A DNA stretch of 41,009 bases, taken from contig JASTWF010000330.1 of assembly GCA_030390025.1 (NCBI GenBank), positions 496,001-537,009 on the forward strand, given 5' to 3'. Shown piece after piece: positions 22,101 to 37,100 of this stretch. Each line of letters begins with the position of its first letter. Positions within the stretch are counted from its first letter, which is position 1. Source of the stretch: Squalus acanthias (taxonomy: Eukaryota). The position numbers were made by a program, and so were the translations under genes. The notes under the pieces are model-generated. The model was not told the DNA's origin, made no database searches, and saw nothing but the letters and a program-made list of their open reading frames with translations.

Positions 22101-25100
22101 CCACAGGAACTGTGTCCCACTCCCCAAAGGAACGGTGTCCCACTCCCCTCAGGAACTGTGTCCACTCCCCTCAGGAACTGCGTCCCACTCCCCTCAGGAA
22201 CAGTGTCCCACTCCCCTCAGGAACTGTGTCCACTCCCCTCAGGAACTGTGTCCCACTCCCCTCAGGAACTGTATCCCTCTCCCCTCAGGAACTGTGTCCC
22301 TCTCCTCTCCGGAACTGTGTCCACTCCCCTCAGGAACTGTGTCCCACTCCCCTCAGGAACTGTGTCTCACTCCCCTCAGGAACTGTGTCCCTCTCCCCTC
22401 AGGAACTGTGTCCCACTCCCCTCAGGAACTGTGTCCCACTCCCCTCAGGAACTGTGTCCCTCTCCCCTCCGGAACTGTGTCCACTCCCCTCAGGAACTGT
22501 GTCACACTCCCCTCAGGAACTGTGTCCCACTCCCCTCAGGAACTGTGTCCACTCCCCTAAGGAACTGTGTCCCACTCCCCTCAGGAACTGTGTCCCACTC
22601 CCCACAGAAACTGTAACCCTCTCCCCTCAGGAACTGTGTCCACTCCCCTCAAGAACTGTGTCCACTCCCCTCAGGAACTGTGTCCCACTCCCCTCAGGAA
22701 CTGTGTCCACTCCCCTCAGGAACTGTGTCCACTCCCCTCAGGAACTGTGTCCACTCCCCTCAGGAACTGTGTCCACTCCCCTCAGGAACTGTGTCCACTC
22801 CCCTCAGGAACTGTGTCCACTCCCCTCAGGAACTGTGTCCACTCCCCTCAGGAACCGTGTCCACTCCCCTCAGGAACTGTGTCCCTCTCCCCTCAGGAAC
22901 TGTGTCCACTCCCCTCAGGAACTGTGTCCCTCTCCCCGCAGGAACTGTGTCCCTCTCCCCTCAGGAACTGTGTCCCTCTCCCCTCAGGAACTGTGTCCCA
23001 CTCCCCTCAGGAACTGTGTCCACTCCCCTCAGGAACTGTGTCCACTCCCCTCAGGAACTGTGTCCCACTCCCCTCAGGAACTGTGTCCCTCTCCCCTCAG
23101 GAACTGTGTCCCACTCCCCTCAGGAACTCTGTCCCTCTCCCCTCAGGAACTGTGTTCCACTCCCCTCAGGAACTGTGTCCCTCTCCCCTCAGGAACCGTG
23201 TCCCACTCCCCTCAGGAACTGTGTCCCTCTCCCCTCAGGAACCGTGTCCCACTCCCCTCAGGAACTGTGTCCACTCCCCTCAGGAACTGTGTCCACTCCC
23301 CTCAGGAACTGTGTCCCTCTCCCCTCAGGAACTGTTTCCCACTCCCCTCAGGAACTGTGTCCGACTCCCCTCAGGAACTGTGTCCCACTCCCCTCAGGAA
23401 CTGTGTCCTCTCCCCTCAGGAACTGTGTCCCACTCCCCTCAGGAACTGTGTCCACTCCCCTCAGGAACTGTGTCCCACTCCCCTCAGGAACTGTGTCCGA
23501 CTCCCCTCAGGAACTGTGTCCCACTCCCCTCAGGAACTGTGTCCTCTCCCCTCAGGAACTGTGTCCCACTCCCCTCAGGAACTGTGTCCACTCCCCTCAG
23601 GAACTGTGTCCCACTCCCTCAGGAACTGTGTCCCACTCCCCTCAGGAACTGCGTCCCACTCCCCTCAGGAACTGTGTCCACTCCCCTCAGGAACTGTGTC
23701 CCACTCCCCTCAGGAACTGTGTCCCACTCCCCTCAGGAACTGTGTCCCACTCCCCTCAGGAACTGTGTCCCACTCCCCACAGGAACTGTGTCCCACTCCC
23801 CTCAGGAACTGTGTCCCACTCCCCTCAGGAACTGTGTCCCACTCCCCTCAGGAACTGTGTCCCACTCCCCTCAGGAACTGTGTCCACTCCCCTCAGGAAC
23901 TGTGTCCCTCTCCCCTCAGGAACTGTGTCCACTCCCCTCAGGAACTGTGTCCCACTCCCCTCAGGAACTGTGTCCCACTCCCCTCAGGAACTGTGTCCCA
24001 CTCCCCTCAGGAACTGTGTCCCACTCCCCTCAGGAACTGTGTCCCACTCCCCTCAGGAACTGTGTCCACTCCCCTCAGGAACTGTGTCCCACTCCCCTCA
24101 GGAACTGTGTCCCACTCCCCTCAGGAACTGTGTCCCACTCCCCTCAGGAACTGTGTCACACTCCCCTCAGGAACTGTGTCCCACTCCCCTCAGGAACTGC
24201 GTCCCACTCCCCTCAGGAACTGTGTCCACTCCCCTCAGGAACTGGTGTCCACTCCCCTCAGGAACTGTGTCCCACTCCCCTCAGGAACTGTGTCCACTCC
24301 CCTCAGGAACTGTGTCCCACTCCCCTCAGGAACTGTGTCCCTCTCCCCTCAGGAACTGTGTCCCTCTCCCCTCAGGAACTGTGTCCCACTCCCCTCAGGA
24401 ACTGTGTCCCACTCCCCTCAGGAACTGTGTCCCTCTCCCCTCAGGAACCTGTGTCCCACTCCCCTCAGGAACTGTGTCCACTCCCCTCAGGAACTGTGTC
24501 CACTCCCCTCAGGAACTGTGTCCCACTCCCCTCAGGAACTGTTTCCCACTCCCCTCAGGAACTGTGTCCCACTCCCCTCAGGAACTGTGTCCCACTCCCC
24601 TCAGGAACTGTGTCCACTCCCCTCAGGAACTGTGTCCCACTCCCCTCAGGAACTGTGTCCACTCCCCTCAGGAACTGTGTCCCACTCCCCTCAGGAACTG
24701 TGTCCCACTCCCCTCAGGAACTGCGTTCCACTCCCCTCAGGAACTGTGTCCACTCCCCTCAGGAACTGTGTCCCACTCACCTCAGGAAATGTGTCCCACT
24801 CCCCTCAGGAACTGTGTCCCACTCCCCTCAGGAACTGTGTCCCACTCCCCTCAGGAACTGTGTCCCACTCCCCAAAGGAACTGTGTCCCACTCCCCACAG
24901 GAACTGTGTCCCACTCCCCACAGGAACGGTGTCCCACTCCCCTCAGGAACTGTGTCCACTCCCCTCAGGAACTGTGTCCCTCTCCCCTCAGGAACTGTGT
25001 CCACTCCCCTCAGGAACTGCATCCCACTCCCCTCAGGAACAGTGTCCCACTCCCCTCAGGAACTGTGTCCACTCCCCTCAGGAACTGTGTCCCACTCCCC

Positions 25101-28100
25101 TCAGGAACTGTATCCCTCTCCCCTCAGGAACTGTGTCCCTCTCCTCTCCGGAACTGTGTCCACTCCCCTCAGGAACTGTGTCCCACTCCCCTCAGGAACT
25201 GTGTCCCACTCCCCTCAGGAACTGTGTCCACTCCCCTAAGGAACTGTGTCCCACTCCCCTCAGGAACTGTGTCCCACTCCCCTCAGGAACTGTGTCCCTC
25301 TCCCCTCAGGAACTGTGTCCACTCCCCTCAGGAACTGTGTCCACTCCCCTCAGGAACTGTGTCCCACTCCCCTCAGGAACTGTGTCCACTCCCCTCAGGA
25401 ACTGTGTCCACTCCCCTCAGGAACTGTGTCCACTCCCCTCAGGAACTGTGTCCACTCCCCTCAGGAACTGTGTCCACTCCCCTCAGGAACTGTGTCCACT
25501 CCCCTCAGGAACTGTGTCCACTCCCCTCAGGAACTGTGTCCCTCTCCCCTCAGGAACTGTGTCCACTCCCCTCAGGAACTGTGTCCCTCTCCCCGCAGGA
25601 ACTGTGTCCCTCTCCCCTCAGGAACTGTGTCCCTCTCCCCTCAGGAACTGTGTCCCACTCCCCTCAGGAACTGTGTCCACTCCCCTCAGGAACTGTGTCC
25701 ACTCCCCTCAGGAACTGTGTCCCACTCCCCTCAGGAACTGTGTCCCTCTCCCCTCAGGAACTGTGTCCCACTCCCCTCAGGAACTCTGTCCCTCTCCCCT
25801 CAGGAACTGTGTTCCACTCCCCTCAGGAACTGTGTCCCACTCCCCTCAGGAACCGTGTCCCACTCCCCTCAGGAACTGTGTCCCACTCCCCTCAGGAACC
25901 TGTGTCCCACTCCCCTCAGGAACTGTGTCCCACTCCCCTCAGGAACTGTGTCCACTCCCCTCAGGAACTGTGTCCCTCTCCCCTCAGGAACTGTGTCCCA
26001 CTCCCCTCAGGAACTGTGTCCGACTCCCCTCAGGAACTGTGTCCCACTCCCCTCAGGAACTGTGTCCACTCCCCTCAGGAACTGTGTCCCACTCCCCTCA
26101 GGAACTGTGTCCACTCCCCTCAGGAACTGTGTCCCACTCCCCTCAGGAACTGTGTCCCGACTCCCCTCAGGAACTGTGTCCCACTCCCCTCAGGAACTGT
26201 GTCCTCTCCCCTCAGGAACTGTGTCCCACTCCCCTCAGGAACTGTGTCCACTCCCCTCAGGAACTGTGTCCCACTCCCCTCAGGAACTGTGTCCCACTCC
26301 CCTCAGGAACTGCGTCCCACTCCCCTCAGGAACTGTGTCCACTCCCCTCAGGAACTGTGTCCCACTCCCCTCAGGAACTGTGTCCCACTCCCCTCAGGAA
26401 CTGTGTCCCACTCCCCTCAGGAACTGTGTCCACTCCCCTCAGGAACTGTGTCCCACTCCCCTCAGGAACTGTGTCCCACTCCCCTCAGGAACTGTGTCCC
26501 ACTCCCCTCAGGAACTGTGTCCCACTCCCCTCAGGAACTGTGTCCCACTCCCCTCAGGAACTGTGTCCCACTCCCCACAGGAACTGTGTCCCACTCCCCT
26601 CAGGAACTGTGTCCCACTCCCCTCAGGAACTGTGTCCACTCCCCTCAGGAACTGTGTCCACTCCCCTCAGGAACTGTGTCCACTCCCCTCAGGAACTGCG
26701 TCCCACTCCCCTCAGGAACTGTGTCCCACTCCCCTCAGGAACTGTGTCCACTCCCCTCAGGAACTGTGTCCCACTCCCCTCAGGAACTGTGTCCCACTCC
26801 CCTCAGGAACTGTGTCCCACTCCCCTCAGGAACTGTGTCCACTCCCCTCAGGAACTGTGTCCCACTCCCCTCAGGAACTGTGTCCCACTCACCTCAGGAA
26901 ATGTGTCCCACTCCCCTCAGGAACTGTTTCCCACTCCCCACAGGAACTGTGTCCCACTCCCCACAGGAACTGTGTCCCACTCCCCAAAGGAACTGTGTCC
27001 CACTCCCCACAGGAACTGTGTCCCACTCCCCACAGGAACGGTGTCCCACTCCCCTCAGGAACTGTGTCCACTCCCCTCAGGAACTGTGTCCCTCTCCCCT
27101 CAGGAACTGTGTCCACTCCCCTCAGGAACTGCGTCCCACTCCCCTCAGGAACAGTGTCCCACTCCCCTCAGGAACTGTGTCCACTCCCCTCAGGAACTGT
27201 GTCCCACTCCCCTCAGGAACTGTATCCCTCTCCCCTCAGGAACTGTGTCCCTCTCCTCTCCGGAACTGTGTCCACTCCCCTCAGGAACTGTGTCCCACTC
27301 CCCTCAGGAACTGTGTCCCACTCCCCTCAGGAACTGTGTCCCTCTCCCCTCAGGAACTGTGTCCCACTCCCCTCAGGAACTGTGTCCCACTCCCCTCAGG
27401 AACTGTGTCCCTCTCCCCTCCGGAACTGTGTCCACTCCCCTCAGGAACTGTGTCACACTCCCCTCAGGAACTGTGTCCCACTCCCCTCAGGAACTGTGTC
27501 CACTCCCCTCAGGAACTGTGTCCCACTCCCCTCAGGAACTGTGTCCCACTCCCCACAGAAACTGTAACCCTCTCCCCTCAGGAACTGTGTCCACTCCCCT
27601 CAGGAACTGTGTCCACTCCCCTCAGGAACTGTGTCCCACTCCCCTCAGGAACTGTGTCCACTCCCCTCAGGAACTGTGTCCACTCCCCTCAGGAACTGTG
27701 TCCACTCCCCTCAGGAACTGTGTCCACTCCCCTCAGGAACTGTGTCCACTCCCCTCAGGAACTGTGTCCACTCCCCTCAGGAACTGTGTCCACTCCCCTC
27801 AGGAACTGTGTCCACTCCCCTCAGGAACTGTGTCCCTCTCCCCTCAGGAACTGTGTCCACTCCCCTCAGGAACTGTGTCCCTCTCCCCTCAGGAACTGTG
27901 TCCCTCTCCCCTCAGGAACTGTGTCCCACTCCCCTCAGGAACTGTGTCCCACTCCCCTCAGGAACTGTGTCCACTCCCCTCAGGAACTGTGTCCACTCCC
28001 CTCAGGAACTGTGTCCCACTCCCCTCAGGAACTGTGTCCCTCTCCCCTCAGGAACTGTGTCCCACTCCCCTCAGGAACTGTGTCCCTCTCCCCTCAGGAA

Positions 28101-31100
28101 CTGTGTCCACTCCCCTCAGGAACTGTGTCCCTCTCCCCTCAGGAACTGTGTCCCACTCCCCTCAGGAACTGTGTCCCTCTCCCCTCAGGAACTGTGTCCC
28201 ACTCCCCTCAGGAACTGTGTCCACTCCCCTCAGGAACTGTGTCCACTCCCCTCAGGAACTGTGTCCCTCTCCCCTCAGGAACTGTGTCCCACTCCCCTCA
28301 GGAACTGTGTCCGACTCCCCTCAGGAACTGTGTCCCACTCCCCTCAGGAACTGTGTCCTCTCCCCTCAGGAACTGTGTCCCACTCCCCTCAGGAACTGTG
28401 TCCACTCCCCTCAGGAACTGTGTCCCACTCCCCTCAGGAACTGTGTCCGACTCCCCTCAGGAACTGTGTCCCACTCCCCTCAGGAACTGTGTCCCTCTCC
28501 CCTCAGGAACTGTGTCCCACTCCCCTCAGGAACTGTGTCCACTCCCCTCAGGAACTGTGTCCCACTCCCCTCAGGAACTGTGTCCCACTCCCCTCAGGAA
28601 CTGCGTTCCACTCCCCTCAGGAACTGTGTCCACTCCCCTCAGGAACTGTGTCCCACTCACCTCAGGAACTGTGTCCCACTCCCCTCAGGAACTGTTTCCC
28701 ACTCCCCTCAGGAACTGTGTCCCACTCCCCTCAGGAACTGTGTCCCACTCCCCTAAGGAACTGTGTCCCACTCCCCTCAGGAACTGTGTCCCACTCCCCA
28801 CAGGAACTGTGTCCCACTCCCCTCAGGAACTGTGTCCACTCCCCTCAGGAACTGTGTCCCTCTCCCCTCAGGAACTGTGTCCACTCCCCTCAGGAACTGC
28901 GTCCCACTCCCCTCAGGAACAGTGTCCCACTCCCCTCAGGAACTGTGTCCACTCCCCTCAGGAACTGTGTCCCACTCCCCTCAGGAACTGTATCCCTCTC
29001 CCCTCAGGAACTGTGTCCCTCTCCCCTCCGGAACTGTGTCCACTCCCCTCAGGAACTGTGTCCCACTCCCCTCAGGAACTGTGTCCCACTCCCCTCAGGA
29101 ACTGTGTCCCTCTCCCCTCAGGAACTGTGTCCCACTCCCCTCAGGAACTGTGTCCCACTCCCCTCAGGAACTGTGTCCCTCTCCCCTCCGGAACTGTGTC
29201 CACTCCCCTCAGGAACTGTGTCACACTCCCCTCAGGAACTGTGTCCCACTCCCCTCAGGAACTGTGTCCACTCCCCTAAGGAACTGTGTCCCACTCCCCT
29301 CAGGAACTGTGTCCCACTCCCCACAGAAACTGTAACCCTCTCCCCTCAGGAACTGTGTCCACTCCCCTCAAGAACTGTGTCCACTCTCCTCAGGAACTGT
29401 GTCCCACTCCCCTCAGGAACTGCGTTCCACTCCCCTCAGGAACTGTGTCCACTCCCCTCAGGAACTGTGTCCCACTCACCTCAGGAAATGTGTCCCACTC
29501 CCCTCAGGAACTGTTTCCCACTCCCCACAGGAACTGTGTCCCACTCCCCACAGGAACTGTGTCCCACTCCCCAAAGGAACTGTGTCCCACTCCCCACAGG
29601 AACTGTGTCCCACTCCCCACAGGAACGGTGTCCCACTCCCCTCAGGAACTGTGTCCACTCCCCTCAGGAACTGTGTCCCTCTCCCCTCAGGAACTGTGTC
29701 CACTCCCCTCAGGAACTGCGTCCCACTCCCCTCAGGAGCAGTGTCCCACTCCCCGCAGGAACTGTGTCCACTCCCCTCAGGAACTGTGTCCCACTCCCCT
29801 CAGGAACTGTATCCCTCTCCCCTCAGGAACTGTGTCCCTCTCCTCTCCGGAACTGTGTCCACTCCCCTCAGGAACTGTGTCCCACTCCCCTCAGGAACTG
29901 TGTCCCACTCCCCTCAGGAACTGTGTCCCACTCCCCTCAGGAACTGTGTCCCACTCCCCTCAGGAACTGTGTCCCACTCCCCTCAGGAACTGTGTCCCAC
30001 TCCCCTCAGGAACTGTGTCCACTCCCCTCAGGAACTGTGTCCCACTCCCCTCAGGAACTGTGTCCCACTCCCCTCAGGAACTGTGTCCCACTCCCCTCAG
30101 GAACTGTGTCCCACTCCCCTCAGGAACTGTGTCCCACTCCCCTCAGGAACTGTGTCCCACTCCCCTCAGGAACTGTGTCCCACTCCCCTCAGGAACTGTG
30201 TCCACTCCCCTCAGGAACTGTGTCCCACTCCCCTCAGGAACTGTGTCCACTCCCCTCAGGAACTGTGTCCACTCCCCTCAGGAACTGTGTCCCACTCCCC
30301 TCAGGAACTGTGTCCACTCCCCTCAGGAACTGTGTCCCACTCCCCTCAGGAACTGTGTCCCACTCCCCTCAGGAACTGTGTCCCACTCCCCTCAGGAACT
30401 GTGTCCCTCTCCCCTCAGGAACTGTGTCCCTCTCCCCTCAGGAACTGTGTCCCTCTCCCCTCAGGAACTGTGTCCCTCTCCCCTCAGGAACTGTGTCCCA
30501 CTCCCCTCAGGAACTGTGTCCCTCTCCCATCAGGAACTGTGTCCCACTCCCCTCAGGAACTGTGTCCCACTCCCCTCAGGAACTGTGTCCACTCCCCTCA
30601 GGAACTGTGTCCCACTCCCCTCAGGAACTGTGTCCCACTCCCCTCAGGAACTGTGTCCCTCTCCCCTCAGGAACTGTGTCCACTCCCCTCAAGAACTGTG
30701 TCCACTCCCCTCAGGAACTGTGTCCCACTCCCCTCAGGAATTGTGTCCACTCCCCTCAGGAACTGTGTCCACTCCCCTCAGGAACTGTGTCCACTCCCCT
30801 CAGGAACTGTGTCCACTCCCCTCAGGAACTGTGTCCACTCCCCTCAGGAACTGTGTCCACTCCCCTCAGGAACTGTGTCCACTCCCCTCAGGAACTGTGT
30901 CCACTCCCCTCAGGAACTGTGTCCCTCCCTCAGGAACTGTGTCCACTCCCCTCAGGAACTGTGTCCACTCCCCTCAGGAACTGTGTCCCACTCCCCTCAG
31001 GAACTGTGTCCCTCTCCCCTCAGGAACTGTGTCCCACTCCCCTCAGGAACTGTGTCCCACTCCCCTCAGGAACTGTGTCCACTCCCCTCAGGAACTGTGT

Positions 31101-34100
31101 CCACTCCCCTCAGGAACTGTGTCCCACTCCCCTCAGGAACTGTGTCCCACTCCCCTCAGGAACTGTGTCCCACTCCCCTCAGGAACTGCTGTCCCTCTCC
31201 CCTCAGGAACTGTGTTCCACTCCCCTCAGGAACTGTGTCCCACTCCCCTCAGGAACCGTGTCCCACTCCCCTCAGGAACTGTGTCCCTCTCCCCTCAGGA
31301 ACTGTGTCCCACTCCCCTCAGGAACTGTGTCCACTCCCCTCAGGAACTGTGTCCACTCCCCTCAGGAACTGTGTCCCTCTCCCCTCAGGAACTGTGTCCC
31401 ACTCCCCTCAGGAACTGTGTCCGACTCCCCTCAGGAACTGTGTCCCACTCCCCTCAGGAACTGTGTCCTCTCCCCTCAGGAACTGTGTCCCACTCCCCTC
31501 AGGAACTGTGTCCACTCCCCTCAGGAACTGTGTCCCACTCCCCTCAGGAACTGTGTCCGACTCCCCTCAGGAACTGTGTCCCACTCCCCTCAGGAACTGT
31601 GTCCTCTCCCCTCAGGAACTGTGTCCCACTCCCCTCAGGAACTGTGTCCACTCCCCTCAGGAACTGTGTCCCACTCCCTCAGGAACTGTGTCCCACTCCC
31701 CTCAGGAACTGCGTTCCACTCCCCTCAGGAACTGTGTCCACTCCCCTCAGGAACTGTGTCCCACTCACCTCAGGAAATGTGTCCCACTCCCCTCAGGAAC
31801 TGTTTCCCACTCCCCACAGGAACTGTGTCCCACTCCCCACAGGAACTGTGTCCCACTCCCCAAAGGAACTGTGTCCCACTCCCCACAGGAACTGTGTCCC
31901 ACTCCCCACAGGAACGGTGTCCCACTCCCCTCAGGAACTGTGTCCACTCCCCTCAGGAACTGTGTCCCTCTCCCCTCAGGAACTGTGTCCACTCCCCTCA
32001 GGAACTGCGTCCCACTCCCCTCAGGAACAGTGTCCCACTCCCCTCAGGAACTGTGTCCACTCCCCTCAGGAACTGTGTCCCACTCCCCTCAGGAACTGTA
32101 TCCCTCTCCCCTCAGGAACTGTGTCCCTCTCCCCTCCGGAACTGTGTCCACTCCCCTCAGGAACTGTGTCCCACTCCCCTCAGGAACTGTGTCCCACTCC
32201 CCTCAGGAACTGTGTCCCTCTCCCCTCAGGAACTGTGTCCCACTCCCCTCAGGAACTGTGTCCCACTCCCCTCAGGAACTGTGTCCCTCTCCCCTCCGGA
32301 ACTGTGTCCACTCCCCTCAGGAACTGTGTCACACTCCCCTCAGGAACTGTGTCCCACTCCCCTCAGGAACTGTGTCCACTCCCCTAAGGAACTGTGTCCC
32401 ACTCCCCTCAGGAACTGTGTCCCACTCCCCACAGAAACTGTAACCCTCTCCCCTCAGGAACTGTGTCCACTCCCCTCAAGAACTGTGTCCACTCCCCTCA
32501 GGAACTGTGTCCCACTCCCCTCAGGAACTGCGTTCCACTCCCCTCAGGAACTGTGTCCACTCCCCTCAGGAACTGTGTCCCACTCACCTCAGGAAATGTG
32601 TCCCACTCCCCTCAGGAACTGTTTCCCACTCCCCACAGGAACTGTGTCCCACTCCCCACAGGAACTGTGTCCCACTCCCCAAAGGAACTGTGTCCCACTC
32701 CCCACAGGAACTGTGTCCCACTCCCCACAGGAACGGTGTCCCACTCCCCTCAGGAACTGTGTCCACTCCCCTCAGGAACTGTGTCCCTCTCCCCTCAGGA
32801 ACTGTGTCCACTCCCCTCAGGAACTGCGTCCCACTCCCCTCAGGAGCAGTGTCCCACTCCCCGCAGGAACTGTGTCCACTCCCCTCAGGAACTGTGTCCC
32901 ACTCCCCTCAGGAACTGTATCCCTCTCCCCTCAGGAACTGTGTCCCTCTCCTCTCCGGAACTGTGTCCACTCCCCTCAGGAACTGTGTCCCACTCCCCTC
33001 AGGAACTGTGTCCCACTCCCCTCAGGAACTGTGTCCCTCTCCCCTCAGGAACTGTGTCCCACTCCCCTCAGGAACTGTGTCCCACTCCCCTCAGGAACTG
33101 TGTCCCTCTCCCCTCCGGAACTGTGTCCACTCCCCTCAGGAACTGTGTCACACTCCCCTCAGGAACTGTGTCCCACTCCCCTCAGGAACTGTGTCCCACT
33201 CCCCTCAGGAACTGTGTACCCTCTCCCCTCAGGAACTGTGTCCACTCCCCTCAGGAACTGTGTCCACTCCCCTCAGGAACTGTGTCCCACTCCCCTCAGG
33301 AACTGTGTCCACTCCCCTCAGGAACTGTGTCCACTCCCCTCAGGAACTGTGTCCACTCCCCTCAGGAACTGTGTCCACTCCCCTCAGGAACTGTGTCCAC
33401 TCCCCTCAGGAACTGTGTCCACTCCCCTCAGGAACCGTGTCCACTCCCCTCAGGAACTGTGTCCCTCTCCCCTCAGGAACTGTGTCCACTCCCCTCAGGA
33501 ACTGTGTCCCTCTCCCCGCAGGAACTGTGTCCCTCTCCCCTCAGGAACTGTGTCCCTCTCCCCTCAGGAACTGTGTCCCACTCCCCTCAGGAACTGTGTC
33601 CCTCTCCCCTCAGGAACTGTGTCCCACTCCCCTCAGGAACTCTGTCCCTCTCCCCTCAGGAACTGTGTTCCACTCCCCTCAGGAACTGTGTCCCTCTCCC
33701 CACAGGAACCGTGTCCCACTCCCCTCAGGAACTGTGTCCCTCTCCCCTCAGGAACCGTGTCCCACTCCCCTCAGGAACTGTGTCCACTCCCCTCAGGAAC
33801 TGTGTCCACTCCCCTCAGGAACTGTGTCCCTCTCCCCTCAGGAACTGTTTCCCACTCCCCTCAGGAACTGTGTCCGACTCCCCTCAGGAACTGTGTCCCA
33901 CTCCCCTCAGGAACTGTGTCCTCTCCCCTCAGGAACTGTGTCCCACTCCCCTCAGGAACTGTGTCCACTCCCCTCAGGAACTGTGTCCCACTCCCCTCAG
34001 GAACTGTGTCCCACTCCCCTCAGGAACTGTGTCCCACTCCCCTCAGGAACTGTGTCCACTCCCCTCAGGAACTGTGTCCCACTCCCCTCAGGAACTGTGT

Positions 34101-37100
34101 CCACTCCCCTCAGGAACTGTGTCCCACTCCCCTCAGGAACTGTGTCCCACTCCCCTCAGGAACTGCGTTCCACTCCCCTCAGGAACTGTGTCCACTCCCC
34201 TCAGGAACTGTGTCCCACTCACCTCAGGAACTGTGTCCCACTCCCCTCAGGAACTGTGTCCCACTCCCCTCAGGAACTGTGTCCCACTCCCCTCAGGAAC
34301 TGTGTCCCACTCCCCTCAGGAACTGTGTCCCACTCCCCTCAGGAACTGTGTCCCACTCCCTCAGGAACTGTGTCCCACTCCCCTCAGGAACTGTGTCCAC
34401 TCCCCTCAGGAACTGTGTCCCTCTCCCCTCAGGAACTGTGTCCACTCCCCTCAGGAACTGTGTCCCACTCCCCTCAGGAACTGTGTCCCACTCCCCTCAG
34501 GAACTGTGTCCCACTCCCCTCAGGAACTGTGTCCCACTCCCCTCAGGAACTGTGTCCCACTCCCCTCAGGAACTGTGTCCCACTCCCCTCAGGAACTGCG
34601 TTCCACTCCCCTCAGGAACTGTGTCCACTCCCCTCAGGAACTGTGTCCCACTCCCCACAGGAACTGTGTCCCACTCCCCACAGGAACGGTGTCCCACTCC
34701 CCTCAGGAACTGTGTCCACTCCCCTCAGGAACTGTGTCGCTCTCCCCTCAGGAACTGTGTCCACTCCCCTCAGGAACTGCGTCCCACTCCCCTCAGGAAC
34801 AGTGTCCCACTCCCCTCAGGAACTGTGTCCACTCCCCTCAGGAACTGTGTCCCACTCCCCTCAGGAACTGTATCCCTCTCCCCTCAGGAACTGTGTCCCT
34901 CTCCCCTCCGGAACTGTGTCCACTCCCCTCAGGAACTGTGTCCCACTCCCCTCAGGAACTGTGTCCCACTCCCCTCAGGAACTGTGTCCCACTCCCCTCA
35001 GGAACTGTGTCCCACTCCCCTCAGGAACTGTGTCCCACTCCCCTCAGGAACTGTGTCCCACTCCCCTCAGGAACTGTGTCCCACTCCCCTCAGGAACTGT
35101 GTCCCACTCCCCTCAGGAACTGTGTCCCACTCCCCTCAGGAACTGTGTCCACTCCCCTCAGGAACTGTGTCCCACTCCCCTCAGGAACTGTGTCCCACTC
35201 CCCTCAGGAACTGTGTCCCACTCCCCTCAGGAACTGTGTCCCACTCCCCTCAGGAACTGTGTCCACTCCCCTCAGGAACTGTGTCCCACTCCCCTCAGGA
35301 ACTGTGTCCCACTCCCCTCAGGAACTGTGTCCCACTCCCTCAGGAACTGTGTCCACTCCCCTCAGGAACTGTGTCCCACTCCCCTCAGGAACTGTGTCCC
35401 ACTCCCCTCAGGAACTGTGTCCCTCTCCCCTCAGGAACTGTGTCCCACTCCCCTCAGGAACTGTGTCCCACTCCCCTCAGGAACTGTGTCCCTCTCCCCT
35501 CCGGAACTGTGTCCACTCCCTCAGGAACTGTGTCACACTCCCCTCAGGAACTGTGTCCCACTCCCCTCAGGAACTGTGTCCCACTCCCCCTAAGGAACTG
35601 TGTCCCACTCCCCTTCAGGAACTGTGTCCCACTCCCCTCAGGAACTGTATCCCTCCCCCTCAGGAACTGTGTCCACTCCCTCAATAACTGTGTCCCACTC
35701 CCCTCAGGAACTGTGTCCCACTCCCTCAGGAACTGTGTCCACTCCCCTCAGGAACTGTGTCCACTCCCCTCAGGAACTGTGTCCACTCCCCTCAGGAACT
35801 GTGTCCCACTCCCCTCAGGAACTGTGTCCCACTCCCCTCAGGAACCTGTGTCCACTCCCCTCAGGAACTGTGTCCACTCCCCTCAGGAACTGTGTCCACT
35901 CCCCTCAGGAACTGTGTCCACTCCCCTCAGGAACTGTGTCCACTCCCCTCAGGAACTGTGTCCCACTCCCCCTCAGGAACTTCCCCCCAGGAACTGTTCC
36001 ACTCCCCTCAGGAACTGTGTCCCACTCCCCTCAGGAACTGTGTCCCCTCCCCTCAGGAACTGTGTCCACTCCCCTCAGGAACTGTGTCCACTCCCCTCAG
36101 GAACTGTGTCCCACTCCCCTCAGGAACTGTGTCCCTCTCCCCTCAGGAACTGTGTCCCACTCCCCTCAGGAACTGTGTCCCACTCCCCTCAGGAACTGTG
36201 TCCACTCCCCTCAGGAACTGTGTCCCTCTCCCCTCAGGAACTGTTTCCCACTCCCCTCAGGAACTGTGTCCGACTCCCCTCAGGAACTGTGTCCCACTCC
36301 CCTCAGGAACTGTGTCCTCTCCCTCAGGAACTGTGTCCCACTCCCCTCAGGAACTGTGTCCACTCCCCTCAGGAACTGTGTCCCACTCCCCTCAGGAACT
36401 GTGTCCGACTCCCCTCAGGAACTGTGTCCCACTCCCCTCAGGAACTGTGTCCTCTCCCCTCAGGAACTGTGTCCCACTCCCCTCAGGAACTGTGTCCACT
36501 CCCCTCAGGAACTGTGTCCCACTCCCCTCAGGAACTGTGTCCCACTCCCCTCAAGGAACTGTGTCCACTCCCCTCAGGAACTGTGTCCACTCCCCTCAGG
36601 AACTGTGTCCCACTCCCCTCAGGAACTGTGTCCCACTCCCTCAGGAACTGTGTCCCCACTCCCCTCAGGTACTGTGTCCCACTCCCCTCAGGAACTGTGT
36701 CCCACTCCCCTCAGGAACTGTGTCCACTCCCCTCAGGGAACTGTGTCCACTCCCCTCAGGAAACTGTGTCCCACTCCCCTCAGGAACTGTGTCCACTCCC
36801 CTCAGGAACTGTGTCCACTCCCCTCAGGAAACTGTGTCCACTCCCCTCAGGAACTGTTGTCCACTCCCCTCAGGAACTGTGTCCCACTCCCCTCAGGAAA
36901 CTGTGTCCACTCCCCTCAGGAACTGTGTCCCACTCCCCTCAGGAACTGTGTCCCACTCCCCTCAGAACTGTGTCCACTCCCCTCAGGAACTGTGTCCACT
37001 CCCCTCAGGAACTGTGTCCACTCCCCTCAGGAACCGTGGTCCACACCCCTCAGGAACTGTGTCCCTCTCCCCTCAGGAACTGTGTCCACTCCCCTCAGAG

